From NCBI RefSeq assembly GCF_009914755.1, contig NC_060929.1: a DNA stretch of 64,000 bases. The stretch is one strand, 5' to 3'. Both the position numbers and the translations under genes were made by a program. Below are positions 62,955 to 64,000 of this stretch, one piece after another (position 1 is the first letter of the stretch; each line of letters opens with the position of its first letter). This DNA comes from the human T2T-CHM13v2.0 reference genome, Homo sapiens. The notes beneath the pieces are model-generated. The model searched no databases. It saw nothing but the letters and a program-made list of their open reading frames with translations, and was not told the DNA's origin.

Positions 62955-63815
62955 TAAACATAAAATCTAAAACTATAAAGCCTTCAGAAGAAAACATAGG
63001 ACAAAATCTATGCGATCTGGGATTGGCAAAAGTTATGTAATAGGACATAGAAAGTGATAGCCCTACAAAAACATGAAAAAAAATTGACTTGATTTAAATT
63101 AAAAGCTAGTGCTTATCAAAAGACACCATTAAGAAATCAACTGGCAAGCTGTAGAATAAGAGGACATATTCGCAAACCATATATCTGACAAAGGACATAT
63201 CCAGAATGTATAGAGAACCCATAAAACTCAGTAATAAAAAGAAGAACCTAACTAAAAGACAGAAAAAAGACTTGAAGAAACGCCGGACAAAAGATGGCCC
63301 AATACATACATGAAAAAGTATACATCATGGATCATCAGAAAAATGCAGTTTGAGACTATAATAAGATACTACTACGCATACCCATTAGAACAGCTAAAAG
63401 TAGAAGATTGACAACACAATGAAAAGATTGGCAAGTGCTGGTGAGGATGTGAAGCAACCCAAACTCTCATACATTATTGGTGGGGGTGTAAGTAAAATGG
63501 CACAACTACTGTCGACAAAGGCTTGGAAGTTTTCTGTTTAATAACAAAAAACTCTACTGTAGAATCCAGCAGTTCCACTCCTAGGTATTTACCTAAGAGA
63601 AGTGAAAACACATGTCTTCAAAAAGATTTGTACAAAAACCTTTGGACCAGCTTTATGATAGCTACAGACAGGGAACCACCTAGGTGTCCATCAACAGAGG
63701 AATTGATAAAACTATGGTATATTCAAACATTAAATTTCAACTCAGAAGTAAAAAGGACTAAAGGTATTGGTTCACACCACAACATGGATGAATATTAAAA
63801 ATTTTATGCTGAGTG
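62955..63815 (+). mobile_element. Old L1M ORF2 end and 3' UTR
   Basis: aaaactataaagccttcagaagaaaacatagga...gctggtgaggatgtgaagcaac...ccactcctaggtatttacc. Confidence 0.8.
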
Positions 63816-64000
63816 CAATCCCATTACTGGGTATATACCAAAAGGATTATAAATCATATAAATCATTCTATAAAGACACATGTACACGTATGTTTATTGC
63901 AGCACTATTTACAATAGCAAAGACTTGGAACCAATTCAAATGCCCATCAATGATAGGCTGGATAAAGAAAATGGGGCACATATACACCATGGAATACTAT
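63816..64000 (+). mobile_element. 5'-truncated L1PA inserted in the older L1M, running off the window
   Basis: Abrupt switch to gcaatcccattactgggtatatacc...aaagacttggaaccaa...tatacaccatggaatactat. Confidence 0.85.

Overview
Human non-coding DNA: a human-specific AluYb8 is present and repeat density is high. No protein-coding exon, RNA gene, CpG island or CRISPR-like array could be supported. Nearly every ORF in the supplied track is a by-product of Alu, L1, LTR or microsatellite sequence. The window holds about 20 Alu/FAM/FLAM copies, one full-length but dead ~6.08 kb L1PA4/5-type element (minus strand, 15-bp TSD) inside a Tigger3b DNA transposon that is itself inside an old L1M, several 5'-truncated L1s, and solo LTRs (LTR13, THE1, MLT1). 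It also holds hAT/Tigger MITEs, MIR/L2 relics and long microsatellites. I did not find a novel biological system. The best second-look items are a ~200 bp local non-tandem duplication (24230-24418 vs 26935-27135), a target site hit twice by retrotransposons, an AluYb8 nested in an older Alu, an L1 antisense ORF0 frame with retained splice donors, a fold-back micro-insertion in an L1, and two motif-dense promoter/enhancer candidates (~41.1 kb, ~43.1 kb). Subfamily names come from recalled consensus features, not a RepeatMasker run; edges of old repeats are approximate.
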